Shown here one piece after another: positions 27,091 to 40,446 of a stretch of DNA of 64,000 bases (positions within the stretch are counted from its first letter, which is position 1; each line of letters starts with the position of its first letter). The notes under the pieces were generated by a model. The model did no database searches. It was given only the letters and a program-made list of their open reading frames with translations, and was not told where the DNA came from. The stretch is from assembly GCF_001194135.2 (NCBI RefSeq), contig NC_068985.1, forward strand, positions 18,750,234 through 18,814,233, read 5' to 3'. The stretch comes from Octopus bimaculoides. Taxonomy: Eukaryota. A program made the translations under genes and the position numbers.

Positions 27091-28207
27091 CCACAATCTG
27101 ATAGATTACAAAGTAGATTGCACCCCAGAACTCCAAAGACACTGATCAAGGTATGATAAAAGTTTGTCAATACATTTATGTTTTTCGTTTTTGTTCTATT
27201 TTGTTTTTTCAATATCAAAGCATGCATGCAGAACTAAACACATTACATCAAAATATTATTCATCTGTTAGGTAGAGGGCTCCAAAAGGAGTCTCTGGGAG
27301 TAGCGTCCCTGCCTTCCTGAGCTAGATTTCCACTACATTTCTTAAAAATCATGGTAGAGGCCTTGGTCTCAGGACCACTCATGTCTAGAAACTGAGGTTG
27401 GGGGTAAGCAAGGGCATGCTCCCTGTAGAAAATCCAACTCCAAAAAAGCTTCATGATAGCAAAGGAGAATGGGCACCAGCCAACACAAAGGTTGTGGTGG
27501 GCTGCACCTGCCTACCTCGGTTGCTATGGCATTGAGGTAGATCCAGCCACCTCCGTTAATGGGGACAAAACCCAATTTTAAAATACTGGATGATGATGAT
27601 GATGATGATCCTTTATTAGTGTACAAAAAAAAAAATCAAGTTTATAAACTCAATACAATAAAAGTTATAACAATTTTAAAACAGTGGGTGCTCATGTTTT
27701 TTGTACCCTCAAAAATTATGCAGTAGCAGGGGAAACAATTCTAGGGACAAATCTGTTAAAATTCAAGCTGAAACTGTGCAAGATTGTTATTTTATATATT
27801 TTAGACTTAATGCACAAGTAAATTTTAAAGATTGATACAAATATCTATTGCAACAACAGGTTTGTTCTTTTGAAAAATATGAACAACAACAGTCTGGGAA
27901 AATTTAGGAGAGACCTTGTAATGTTTTTCAGAGATTTAGGTTTAAAGATCTCTGTAAACTTCCTAAATATCACATTAAATTTAGGCACAAGTAAATTTTC
28001 ACATTCATGAAAGCTCTATTTACCTAATATTCTCCATATTTCAGGTCCCAGTATTAATAAACATTTCCTCTTTATCCTAGCATGATTTCAAAGTGCTATA
28101 CATCATTACAATGAAGCACTTAACAGTAGTGGATTTTCAAAAATTGTAAAGTGGAGTTGAATCACTTACTGATATGACTAAAAATGTAACTTGGAAAAAT
28201 TGTGCAA

Positions 28208-29272
28208 TCACAAGTACTTTCTGAGAGATGGCCTTGCTTGATATGTAAGAAGGGCATTGGTAGAAACTGCATATGTTGTACCCAGTGCAAGCTTTGTACA
28301 CATAAGAGGGGTAGCAATATCAAAGGAAGGTTAACAGAGATAAAAAGTCTTTGTGTGTGGCAAATGTGCAGGTACAATAAGCACTAAAAATATGCAGACA
28401 ATAAGCTCTCTCAAATGCTTGGGGGGATCATTAGAAGTAGTAGATAGCTTCTATTATTTAGGAGACCAAGTTAGCAGTGGAGAAGGAAGTTCTGAAAGTG
28501 TAGCTGCTAGGATAAGAATGAGCTTCTACTGTGTTGGTAACTAAGGGCTTCTCCCTCAGAGTGAAAGGCAAATTGTATGATGCCTGTGTAGGTACAGCTA
28601 TGTTACATGGCAGTGAAACATGGGCTTCAACAACAGAGAATTTGAGAAAGCTTGAAAGAAATGAAGCTAGCATGCTCTGCTCGATGAGTAATAGCTAGTG
28701 TGTATGTATGAAAGTGTAAATGATTTAAGAGGAAAACTGGGTATAAGAGGCATCAGGTGTTGTGTGCAGGAGATAAGACTGTGCTGGTTTGGTCATGTGA
28801 TGTGTATGGATGAGGACAGCTGTGTAAAGTGCTGAGCTGTAATTGTGGAGGGAACTCGTAGAAGGGGTAGAGCCAGGAAGATGTGGGACAAAGTGATGAG
28901 AAAGGATCTTCAGATGTTGGGCCTCCCTGAGGAAATGATAAGGGACCAGGAGATGTGATTTGCTGTACTTGATAAGACATGTCAAGCTAAGTAAAATCGC
29001 TGTTTTCCACACATACTGGTTTGTCCTTTGAGGTGTTGGTGCCACTTAAAAAGCACCCATGCCAATTCTGTGTCAACACACCCATGCCAGTGGCATGTAA
29101 AAAGTATCCAGCACACTCTGTTAAGTGGTTGGTGTTAGGAAGGGCACCCAGCCATAGAAAACATACTGCAACAGACAGCTGGAGTCTGGACAGCTCCCAG
29201 CTAGCTAGCTCCATGTCAACCCATCCAACCCATGCCAGCATGGAAAGCAGATATTAAATGATGATGATGGTG
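28208..29272 (+). mobile_element. 5'-truncated RTE LINE with the (GAT)n-tailed 3' region
   Basis: Encodes WPCLICKKGIGRNCICCTQCKLCTHKR, LEVVDSFYYLGDQVSSG, LRVKGKLYDACVGTAMLHGSETW and RGRARKMW, then the shared tail ending ...gatgatgatg. Confidence 0.85.
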
Positions 29273-30047
29273 ATAATGCACTTTTCAGTTAGGATGTCTA
29301 AACCAACATAACCAAAATATTCTTGGATTTGATCTCTCTTCAATTTTCAAAATTTCATAGATACAAGATATTCAACAGAAATTTGGTCAAAATTCTTTCT
29401 CATATTTCACCAGCTCTATCAGCTCGTTTAATTCTAACTGCCTGTCGTGCAATACCATGTCTATCCCTACATGTAACTACAGCTGCAAGCAAACATCTGT
29501 CTCCCTAAAGATGTTTGCCTTATTAATTCTTTGGTGTACCATGTTGAAGGGTTGAATGATGGCTCAATACCAAAATCTTATACTGGATTAACAGAAAACA
29601 GCCTCATGACATGATTCTAGTCATACAGACATTCATTTGTTGAACAAGAAACTCTTCACAAGTCTCTCTAGTTATATATGGTCTGTTTGTATTTCTGCAA
29701 CTGCCTATGAATATACTGAAATTAGAAGTAACCTCAAGTGCCAACTTTGTTTACTAGAGGAAGTAGTCACAATATTACTCCAAGAAGAAAATAGACTAAA
29801 CAACCATAAACTACTTTTGCACTTACACAAAACCACCAGGCTTGTCTTCATGAACACCATAGAGCTTAAACATATTCCCATTGTTTCACCACTACAAGGT
29901 CTCTTTTGTGCTTTTTACCCTTCTTCACCACTTCTCCTTAATGGCTTCCTTTTGCTACTGCAGCTCCTCAACCATTACTCATAATCCATTAGTCCATCAT
30001 CACTCTTACATATTCCTTTTCCTCTCTATCTCAATTCTTCTTGTGCA

Positions 30048-30088
<41 letters not shown>

Positions 30089-30409
30089 CATCATCATCAT
30101 CACTTAACATCCGGTTTGCCATGCTTGGATGGATTAGATGGAATTTGTTGAGGCAAATTTTCTACAGTTGGACGCCCTTCCCGTCAGCAACCCTCACTTG
30201 TTTCCAGGCAATATTTTTCATGACCAGACATGTTTTCCACATTGAAAGAGGCTCATTATATATATATATATATATATATGTTATGAATATGATATAAATC
30301 GTAAGTGCATNNNNNNNNNNNNNNNNNNNNNNNNNNNNNNNNNNNNNNNNNNNNNNNNNNNNNNNNNNNNNNNNNNNNNNNNNNNNNNNNNNNNNNNNNN
30401 NNNNNNNNN

Positions 30410-30472
<63 letters not shown>

Positions 30473-33400
30473 GTGTGTATGTGTGTGTGTTTATTCCCCA
30501 CTACTGCTTGACAACCATAACTTATCAGTTTGGCAAAAGAGAACAATAAAGTAAGCACCAGGCTTAGAAATAAGTACTGGAGTCAATTCGTTTGACTAAA
30601 ACTCTTCAAGATGCTCCAGCATGGCTACAGTCTAATGACTGAAAGAAATAAAAAGTACAAGTAAGAGAGAGAGTTGATGCCAGTAGAAAAAAATATATAG
30701 AGAGGCATGAAGGAATTTGACAACACTACAAGTGAGTAAAGTGTTTTTAAGAAATTTCAGAAAATATGAGACATAAAAGGACTGACAAGAAGAGAAGTGG
30801 TGCATTTAGTAGACCAGGTCAGAGGTGATATGCAGTCTTGCAGAAGTTTGTGAAGTAAGGGCTGATGTTAGCTATATTAAAGTGTAACAAAAACAGCATA
30901 TAGGCCAATGTTTAAAAGCAAGTGTGCAGGAGACTCACATAACCAAATTCAGGTAAGTCAGAGTTAAATAGAAGATGAATCACAAACAGCTTAGTCAGTG
31001 CATGACTGTTAGTCACCCGAAGGAGGAGTGGTCAACTTAGCCAGACATGGTTGAGGTGCTATAAATAAGATTTTGAAAGACTTACAAAATTTCAGAACAG
31101 ATTACTGAAATTTGAAAAAAGCTGATAAACTGCAAAGGAATTAACTCCCAAAGGGATCCTCTAAAAGGAATTAAGCCCCAAGAGATCATCTAAAATAGTC
31201 TGTTGTACCATCAGTGATTATTAAGCAACAAAAGTATTCATCATCATCATCGTCATTTTATTGTTCACTTTCCCATGCTTGCATGAGTCAGATGGAATTT
31301 GTTGAAGTAGATTTTCTACAACTGGATGCCCTTCCTGTCACCAACCATTGCTTGTTTTCAAGCAAGATATCATTTCACCATGGTTGGACATGTTCACAGG
31401 GAAAATCAGAAATGAAGGACACCATTTGTGTGACAGTGAAACTCATCTACTACTATCATGTGACATTAAGAAGAGAAACAAAGACAAGCATCATACACAT
31501 ACACACATACATACTTATACATACAAACATAGATGTGTGTGTGTGTGTGTAAGAAATTAAATAAATGATAAGGGACTAGGAAATTATGTAATGACCTTCG
31601 TTAGCTAACAGCTATTTCTGCTATAATGTACAATGCACTCATAGATGAGTGCTTGTGCATCACCCTACAGCTTCATTGGAGCTATAGTACCATTCGGTGG
31701 GGGCTGAACCTGAATCCTCGTGGATAGGAAGCAAGTTTCTTAACCATGTTTGCACCTACTCTAAAAGACAACTCAAAGCTAAAAAAGTCTGGATTTGAAA
31801 GTAAAATCATTTTCTATTCTATGCAATAAAGAAAGATTTGCTATTTGTGTACACAAAATGTCAGTTGAACAGTTATTGGGAGTATTGTTGTTATGAAAAA
31901 TATAGCAGAGTTTACTTTGATGTTGGAACACCAAAAAAAGAAAGGAGGGAAAAAAATAGTACGAGACTAATTCTGGAATGTGAAACTAGCAGTGCAGTCG
32001 GTTTCTTTGAAAAGCAGCACAAATAGCTCCAAAGTAAATGTCAAAGAAGGAAGTGACAAGTACATTTTACCATGCATTCTGTGATTCAATGCCAACATTT
32101 AGATGCAAAGTAAATTATAACAATAACTATTAAGAGAGTAATAGAATACAGCCAACTTCTTATTTTCGAGAGCTCCATCTAAATCATTATCATTATCACC
32201 ATAATTATTATCATTGTTTTGATGTCTACTTTCCCATGCTTGCATGGGTCAGACAGAATATTGTTAAGTCGGATTTTCTTTGGCTGGATGCCCTTCCTGT
32301 TGCCGACTCTCACCTGTTTCCAAGTAAGTTAATATTTCTCCATGGCCAAACATGTTTCCATGCAAGATTGAAAACAAAGGATACTGCCTGCATGACAGAG
32401 ACACTCCTTTACAACTATCACAAAATGTCAAGGCAAAGAGACTGTAACACACACACACATACATATATGTACAACAGGCTTCTTTCAGTTTATGTCAACC
32501 AAATCCCCTCACAAGGGTTTGGCTGACTTGGGGCTATAGTAGAAGACACTTGCACAAGGTGCCATACAGCAGGGCTGAACCCAAAACCATGTGGTTGGGA
32601 AGCAAATTTCATACTACAGCCACACCTGTACCTCCAAAAGAACTACTTGTCAGAAGTGGGATACAAATAAAAATATAAAGTAAACTAAAAACTCTTCTCT
32701 GGTGTAAAAAAATGTTAAGAGCATTATCCCTTGATAGATTATAAACAGTTCTCAAGATATAAATACTGATACACAAAACTCTCTTAACCTCCATAACCAG
32801 AGAAATTGGTGGGAAAATTTTTTTTATCTTACTCATATTGTATCTGTCATATGAGAGAATTTTGAAAGCTTTAACAATCACATTCCAGGTTAAATATCAA
32901 TATGGCTTTAAAAAGTGCATAAAATTTACAAAGCTTTGTGAAACTAAATCATCATCATGATACACATTTGAAAGATGATAAATAAGATACTCAAGAATCA
33001 GTCTAATAGATCCTTTTTATAGCACTTTTCTTTTTTTTTTTTTTTTTNNNNNNNNNNTTTTTTTTTTTTTTCTTTCAAGCTAATTCAATCCTGATGTCAG
33101 CTACTACAGTAATTTTACCTCCAACTATTTTTGAAGTGAAACATTGCTCATGTAAAACATTTCACTCTCTTACATGGATGTATTCTGGAAACCACCTATA
33201 TCACTCTGTGAGACATACCCAGTCAAAAATAGATGGCAAACACTCAAAAGTGCATATCTATGGATCCTAATAATATCCTCATTTGACTGTCAGAAGTAAA
33301 ATTCCCTGAAACTGAAACCCAAATTTGTTTGAAAACAGCAAAAATGAAAAGCATTAATTTTCTGTTCATGTGTGGTTAAGAAGTTTGCTTCTCAGGCACC

Positions 33401-34360
33401 TGAATTTGGATTCAATCCTATTGTTAAAAGAAGGTATATGCATGGCCACATGTGTAGGTGTGCTGGCTGTCTAAGAAGCTTGCCTCTCAACCGTGTGGCT
33501 TCAGGCTTAGTCCTACTGCATGGCAACTTGAACAAGTGTTTCTTCTAGGCTGACCAAAGCCTTGTCAGTGGATTTGGCAGATGCACAATACACACACACA
33601 CACACATATCTATTTATCTCTATCCATATGTGTGTGCGTGAAGTGTGTGTGTATATGTACATGTATAGAGATAAATAGATNNNNNNNNNNNNNNNNNNNN
33701 NNNNNNNNNNNNNNNNNNNNNNNNNNNNNNNNNNNNNNNNNNNNNNNNNNNNNNNNNNNNNNNNNNNNNNNNNNNNNNNNNNNNNNNNNNNNNNNNNNNN
33801 NNNNNNNNNNNNNNNNNNNNNNNNNNNNNNNNNNNNNNNNNNNNNNNNNNNNNNNNNNNNNNNNNNNNNNNNNNNNNNNNNNNNNNNNNNNNNNNNNNNN
33901 NNNNNNNNNNNNNNNNNNNNNNNNNNNNNNNNNNNNNNNNNNNNNNNNNNNNNNNNNNNNNNNNNNNNNNNNNNNNNNNNNNNNNNNNNNNNNNNNNNNN
34001 NNNNNNNNNNNNNNNNNNNNNNNNNNNNNNNNNNNNNNNNNNNNNNNNNNNNNNNNNNNNNNNNNNNNNNNNNNNNNNNNNNNNNNNNNNNNNNNNNNNN
34101 NNNNNNNNNNNNNNNNNNNNNNNNNNNNNNNNNNNNNNNNNNNNNNNNNNNNNNNNNNNNNNNNNNNNNNNNNNNNNNNNNNNNNNNNNNNNNNNNNNNN
34201 NNNNNNNNNNNNNNNNNNNNNNNNNNNNNNNNNNNNNNNNNNNNNNNNNNNNNNNNNNNNNNNNNNNNNNNNNNNNNNNNNNNNNNNNNNNNNNNNNNNN
34301 NNNNNNNNNNNNNNNNNNNNNNNNNNNNNNNNNNNNNNNNNNNNNNNNNNNNNNNNNNNN

Positions 34361-34650
34361 CAGTACCGCCTGACTGGCTCCCGTAGGATTTTCGAGTGAG
34401 ATCGTTGCCAGTGCCCCTGGACTGGCTTGTGCGGGTGGCACATAAAAGACACCATTTCGAGCGTGGCCGTTTTCGTGCGGGTGACACGTAAAAGCACCCA
34501 CTACACTCTCTGAGTGGTTGGCGTTAGGAAGGGCATCCAGCTGTAGAAACTCTGCCAAATTAGATCGGAGCCTGGTGTTGCCATCCGGTTTCACCAGTCC
34601 TCAGTCAAATCGTCCAACCCATGCTAGCATGGAAAGCGGACGTTAAACGA
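34361..34650 (+). mobile_element. 3' part of the RTE-related tandem-unit element, ending in (GAT)7; begins at a gap edge
   Basis: Near-identical to the reverse complement of 13675-15058; ends cggacgttaaacgatgatgat... Confidence 0.8.
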
Positions 34651-36251
34651 TGATGATGATGATGATGATGTATATATATATATATATAGTGTGTGTGTAG
34701 GTTATAATCCAAGTTCTGTCCTCTTGAAAATCACTTGCATATTCCAGTACTCCAAAATTGTATGTAGATGTTAGAATTGTGTGAGGCATGCAGAAAAATT
34801 GTATTTGCAGAGTAATTACATGCCAAAATAGGTGACTGGAAAAAATAGTTTTGGAATTATTTATTCACTATTACCCGTGTTTCATTTGCAAATAGGAGAG
34901 TTACAAAATTGTACATATAGGATAAACATTTAAGAAATCTTCTATTAGAAATTCTTCAGACCGAGTTTCAAATAATTAAGTATTATCTGATTCTATCTGT
35001 TTGAAGAATTTCTAATGCAACATGTAATGGTGAATAGATAATACAAGACATTTTTTCCAACCTCCCATTTTGGGCACGTCTCCATGCTGGTGGCACATAA
35101 TAAGCACCGTTCAAGCTTGGTCAATGCCAATGCCACCTAATTGGCCCTCATGCTGGTGGCACATAAAAAGCACTCTCAGAGTAGTTGGCGTTAGGAAGAG
35201 CATCCAGCTGTAGAAACCTTGCCAGATCAGAGTGGAGCCTAGTGCAGCCTCCTGGCTTGCCAGTCATCAGTCAAACTGTCCAACCCATGCTAGCATGGAA
35301 AGCAGACGTTAACTCTTTCGTTAGCGTATTTCTTTTGAAGTGCTCTGTTTCTTTCAATTAATTCTAAATGTAACAAAGAATTTAGTAAAATAACTTAGTA
35401 ATCATTAAGCTAGTGTTAGGTACATAAATTGTGACTAAGGTTTGTTTGAAGATTTTTAATTCAGAACTTATGCTAACAAGACATTTGTACTACAGAGTCA
35501 GAGGCGGTTTCAGCCAGATTGGTATGGAAAAGGTTAAACGATATAATGATGATAGTGGTGGTGGTGGTGGTGGTGGCCAAGGGGAAGTCCTTGTCGTGAC
35601 ATCACATGAAACAAGCATCGCTATTGTACAAACAGTGTCATTGTCATTCATTGAAACATAATTAGCCATAAAGAAATATTACTTTGCTTGGAAACAGGTG
35701 AGAATTGGCAACAGAAAGAGTATTTGTCTGTAAAAAAAATCTGCATAGAAAGGTAGACGTCAAAAAGATGATGTACAGCTGAGCCACCATATCAAGGCAT
35801 GCAGATTTTATGTGATGTTTCAATTGAATCAGAAGTACTGCATTAATTGGTTTTAACTTGATACTTTTCTAAATATAACTGCTTATTTTTATTTGTAATG
35901 CCTGCAATTCATTTATCCAGCTGTTTGGTTTGGGATGGTTCTACTAGAATTCAAGTTTAATGCTGCTATCACTTAAAAAGTAAGTGGTAGCAAGCAAAAT
36001 AATTTTGGGTGAGAAAGAATACAGTTTTAAATCTGTTATCTTTTCCTTGTTTCAGTCATTGAACTGCAGCCATGAACTATTTTAGCCAAACAAATCGACC
36101 CCTGTATTTATTGTTTTGTTCGTTTTGCTTGTTTTTTAAAGTCTAGTATTTATTCTATTAGTATCTTTTGCCAAAACCACTAAGTTACATCATCATAAAC
36201 AAACCAACACCAGTTGTTGTGCAATGGATATGTGGAGGTGGGGAGGCAAAT

Positions 36252-36282
<31 letters not shown>

Positions 36283-36524
36283 TTTTTAATCTTTCACTTG
36301 TTTCAGTCATTAGATTGCAATTATGCTGGGAAATTGCCTTGAAGAATTTTTAGTCAATTGAATTGACACCAGTTTTTATTATTTTCTTTTCTGTTTAAGC
36401 CTGGTACATTTTCTATTGGTCTCATTCTTCTGAACGCTAAGTCACAAGGATGTAAGCACACCAACACCTGTTGTCAAGAAGCGGTAGGGGACAAACACAG
36501 ACACAAAGACACACATATATATCA

Positions 36525-36570
<46 letters not shown>

Positions 36571-37113
36571 NNNNNNNNNNNNNNNNNNNNNNNNNNNNNN
36601 NNNNNNNNNNNNNNNNNNNNNNNNNNNNNNNNNNNNNNNNNNNNNNNNNNNNNNNNNNNNNNNNNNNNNNNNNNNNNNNNNNNNNNNNNNNNNNNNNNNN
36701 NNNNNNNNNNNNNNNNNNNNNNNNNNNNNNNNNNNNNNNNNNNNNNNNNNNNNNNNNNNNNNNNNNNNNNNNNNNNNNNNNNNNNNNNNNNNNNNNNNNN
36801 NNNNNNNNNNNNNNNNNNNNNNNNNNNNNNNNNNNNNNNNNNNNNNNNNNNNNNNNNNNNNNNNNNNNNNNNNNNNNNNNNNNNNNNNNNNNNNNNNNNN
36901 NNNNNNNNNNNNNNNNNNNNNNNNNNNNNNNNNNNNNNNNNNNNNNNNNNNNNNNNNTATATATATATATATATATATATATCATCATCGTTTAATGTCC
37001 GCTTTCCATGCTAGCATGGGTTGGACGATTTGACTGAGGACTGGTGAAACCAGATGGCTACACCATACATATATATATAGTCTGGTTTTCACATTTTTTT
37101 AATGGTATTTTAA

Positions 37114-37156
37114 CAAAAGTAGCACTTTCATACATAGTGTACTCATCAGATTTCAA
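37114..37156 (-). ncRNA. Minimal type I hammerhead ribozyme motif (left arm, degenerate)
   Basis: Minus strand: UUGAAAU-CUGAUGA-GUAC(ACUAU)GUAU-GAAA-GUGC-UA-CUUUUG. Stem II pairs, stem III is near-palindromic (AGUGCU), and the first stem I pair is mismatched. Confidence 0.7.
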
Positions 37157-37585
37157 ATGTGTTTAACTGACAGTTGAGTTCTTGACAATTTTAGTATTTC
37201 TTAAAATGGTTACAAGTCTATGGACAACAAATCCAGAAAGCCAATGTTTGCCAAATTCCATTGAGTGAATATATGGAGACATGTGGTCAGAAAATGTTTC
37301 TAATTTTTACTTTCCACAAGCTACATGACACAAGTAAGGTTGGAAGAAAGATAAAAGAAAAACAGTTTATTAAATGTTCAAACCTGTTCTGAACGGAAAT
37401 AACAGCAATAATATAATGATGTGGATTAATAAATATAAACAAGTTACAGAATATCGATATGCCTGGCAAACTGTGATGTTTAAGAGCATGTGGATTGATC
37501 AAAAAGGTATTCTAAAAACTTAGCTGCTTGGAGCATTCTAAGAGGTGCTAAAGTTGTCAAGAACTCAACTGTCTGTTAAACACAT

Positions 37586-37628
37586 TTGAAATCTGATGAG
37601 TATGTTATGTATGAAAGCGCTAATTTTG
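37586..37628 (+). ncRNA. Minimal type I hammerhead ribozyme motif (right arm)
   Basis: UUGAAAU-CUGAUGA(37593-37599)-GUAU(GUUAU)GUAU-GAAA-GCGC-UA-AUUUUG. Stem III is the palindrome AGCGCU, the cleavage triplet is CUA (cut after 37622), and stem I is UGAAAU/AUUUUG. Confidence 0.8.
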
Positions 37629-37689
37629 TTAAAATACCATAATAAAAAACGTTAAAACCAGACTATGTTTTAACTTTATTCAACTTATA

Positions 37690-38075
37690 CAAATTCGACG
37701 ACTGGCACCCATGCCAACATCGTCTCCTTCATTGGACACGAAACTCAGCTTGCGAAGACTTATTGGGGCAAGCAAAAGCGAAATTGTGATGGCACCTGTG
37801 CCCAGCATCGCCTTTCTGGCACTTGTGCCCGCGGCATGTATCAGGACTTTCGAGCGAGGTCGTTGCCAGTGCCCCTGGACTGGCTCTTGTGCGGGTGGCA
37901 CATAAAATACACCAATTGAGCCTGGCCGTTGCCAGTACCGCCTGACTGGCCTTCGTAGGATTTTCAAGCGAGATCGTTGCCAGTGCCCCTGGACTGGCTC
38001 TTGTGCATGTGGCACATAAAATACACCATTTCGAGCGTGGCCGTTGCCAGTACCGCCTGACTGGCCTTCGTGCTT
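37690..38075 (+). mobile_element. 5' head plus two tandem units of the RTE-related tandem-unit element
   Basis: Head cgactggcacccatgcc..., followed by two copies of ggtcgttgccagtgcccctggactggctcttgtgc...ggccgttgccagtaccgcctgactggc. Confidence 0.7.
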
Positions 38076-39834
38076 TTAAAAAGTCCCATTATATTTTTAT
38101 AATTAAATATTATTCTTTTATTCTTTTGTTTNNNNNNNNNNNNNNNNNNNNNNNNNNNNNNNNNNNNNNNNNNNNNNNNNNNNNNNNNNNNNNNNNNNNN
38201 NNNNNNNNNNNNNNNNNNNNNNNNNNNNNNNNNNNNNNNNNNNNNNNNNNNNNNNNNNNNNNNNNNNNNNNNNNNNNNNNNNNNNNNNNNNNNNNNNNNN
38301 NNNNNNNNNNNNNNNNNNNNNNNNNNNNNNNNNNNNNNNNNNNNNNNNNNNNNNNNNNNNNNNNNNNNNNNNNNNNNNNNNNNNNNNNNNNNNNNNNNAT
38401 ATATATATATATATATACGACGGGCTTCTTTCAGCTTCCATCTACCAAATCCACTCGCAAGGCTTTGGTTAGCCCAAGGCTATAGTAGAAGACACTTGCC
38501 CAAGGTGCCACGCAGTGGGACTGAACCCAGAACTATGTGGTTGTTAAGCAAGCTACTAACCACACAGTCACTCCCCCACCTATTAGGAATTGTATAAAAA
38601 AAATTAAAATATTTTGTGTATTGTAAAAGTATAACTGATTTATTGCACATAAATTTTAACAACTAAATTTTATACATTTCCCCCAAGGGTCAGATGGACC
38701 ACAGTTGAGAACCACTGAGTTACATGTTAGATGTCTTTGATGAAGCAAGAGATGTGGTCAAAGAGTGGTACTAGTCGGAAGAGTTTGAAAAATGACAAGG
38801 AAAGCAGAGGTATTTGTAGGAGTAGAAGCAACAGACTTAGGAAATATTGATTGCTGACATCCAGGTGAAAGAGGTATGTGATGGGGAAAATAGAGCCTAA
38901 ATATGTACAGACACCACCTTTCAGAGTGAAATTTGAATACACGGTGTCAGAAAGAAACACAATATGCATTTGTGTTAGTTTGTGATGTGTATGTAGGATC
39001 TAGGTTAAACCATGTTTAGCTTGAATTTTTGACATCTCTACCTCTTATATTGAGAACTCCCCTATTCAGGAAAACTAACATGTATGTGCATGTCCTTTGG
39101 TTTCTGCAACTCTTTTGACATAGATTACTAAAATTAGCTATAGGCGCGGGAGTGGCTGTGTGGTAAGTAGCTTGCTTACCAACCNNNNNNNNNNNNNNNN
39201 NNNNNNNNNNNNNNNNNNNNNNNNNNNNNNNNNNNNNNNNNNNNNNNNNNNNNNNNNNNNNNNNNNNNNNNNNNNNNNNNNNNNTGTGTGTGTGTGCGTG
39301 CGTGCGTGCTTGTGTGTGTATGTGTGTGTGTGCCCGTGTGCGTATGTTTACAACCCAAGATGAAGTAAAACTTTGAGGTGTGTTTCAACTTCAGATATGC
39401 CGATTGAAATGTAATCTGTTTACCAGGAGAATGTACAAATTATATACAGAATGCTATGCCATGAATGTATATTCCTGAACTTGATAATATCGACTACAGA
39501 ACACTGCTGATACAATCTAAGACCACATTTACAACAGAAGACTATTCAATCATACGAGAACTATAAACAGAAACAGCGCAAATCCAATGTACTGTTGCAT
39601 ACTCCGATATAACATGTTTTGTGCATTCCACGATTTTAAATTATTCGAAATAATAACAATAGATCTGTTATAAACATTAAACCAGGAGTTGTAATTACGT
39701 TTTCTTTCAGATGGCTTCCGACTTAGTCACACATTTAATTACTAATCCTGGTGGAAATTAAACGAAGTAAATATGAAGATAATACATGTAAATCTTAAAA
39801 CAATCAATGGCGACTTATACATACATATATACAA

Positions 39835-39887
<53 letters not shown>

Positions 39888-39899
39888 NNNNNNNNNNCG

Positions 39900-39943
<44 letters not shown>

Positions 39944-40238
39944 CATATATATATATACACATACATATATATATATATATATATACACATACATATATAT
40001 ATATACACATACATATATATACATATATTTACACATATATACACATACATATATATATATATGCACATTATATATATATATATATATATACACATACATA
40101 CATTTATATATACACATACATATATTTAAACACATATGTATACACACATACATATATACAAATACATATATATGAAGAAAAAGTAAATGGAGATATTGAA
40201 GTTAATAAGAGTTTATTATCAGTAACAAATTGATCATT

Positions 40239-40323
40239 ATCCCTTACAGCTGTTTCAGTTATACTGAGGAAATTAATTGAATATCAAAATCATATTTCTG
40301 AGCATAATCTCTTTAGAGGGGAA
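40239..40323 (-). ncRNA. Type I hammerhead motif with long stem II, core mutated (CUAAAGA)
   Basis: Minus strand: UUCCCCU-CUAAAGA-GAUUAUGCU...AGUAUAACU-GAAAC-AGCU-GUA-AGGGAU. Stem I CCCU/AGGG is intact. Confidence 0.6.
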
Positions 40324-40446
40324 AGAAAATGTACCCTTGCGCTTTTTGTGAGTTTGTCTGTAGACTCATCACTGCAGACATATATATGAGTCTGCAGTAA
40401 TGACTCTACAAACAAACGCATAAAATATCTAAAGGTACATTTTCAT

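Larger units (their letters stand above)
26130..29385 (+). repeat. Direct duplication: 26130-26640 recurs as 27790-28207 plus 29275-29385, the second copy split by an RTE insertion
   Basis: Shared text atatattttagact.aatgcacaagtaa.ttttaaagattgatacaaatatctattgcaacaa ... ggaaaaatt, resuming at ttttcagttaggatgtc.aaaccaacataacca after the insertion. Confidence 0.8.
37077..37666 (+). mobile_element. 5'-truncated Penelope-like element with an inverted terminal repeat (pseudo-LTR) at its 5' end
   Basis: ~135-bp inverted arms (37077-37210 and 37530-37666). The spacer encodes GQQIQKANVCQIPLSEYMETCGQKMFLIFTFHKLHDTSKVGRKIKEKQFIKC/FKPVLN (one frameshift), a PLE GIY-YIG C-terminus (R..KE..FI..FKP.LN). 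Each arm holds a hammerhead core. Confidence 0.85.

Noticed and set aside
39705-39765. Plus-strand acceptor followed by ATG (ttctttcag|ATGGCTTCC)
   Set aside because: The ORF stops after 16 codons, with no donor or homology support.
40345-40425. Second hammerhead-like motif at the centre of the 40-kb palindrome (GUGAUGA-GUC-UACA-GAC-AAAC)
   Set aside because: Both arms lack the core C and the G of GAAA, and no stem I forms. At most a dead relic.
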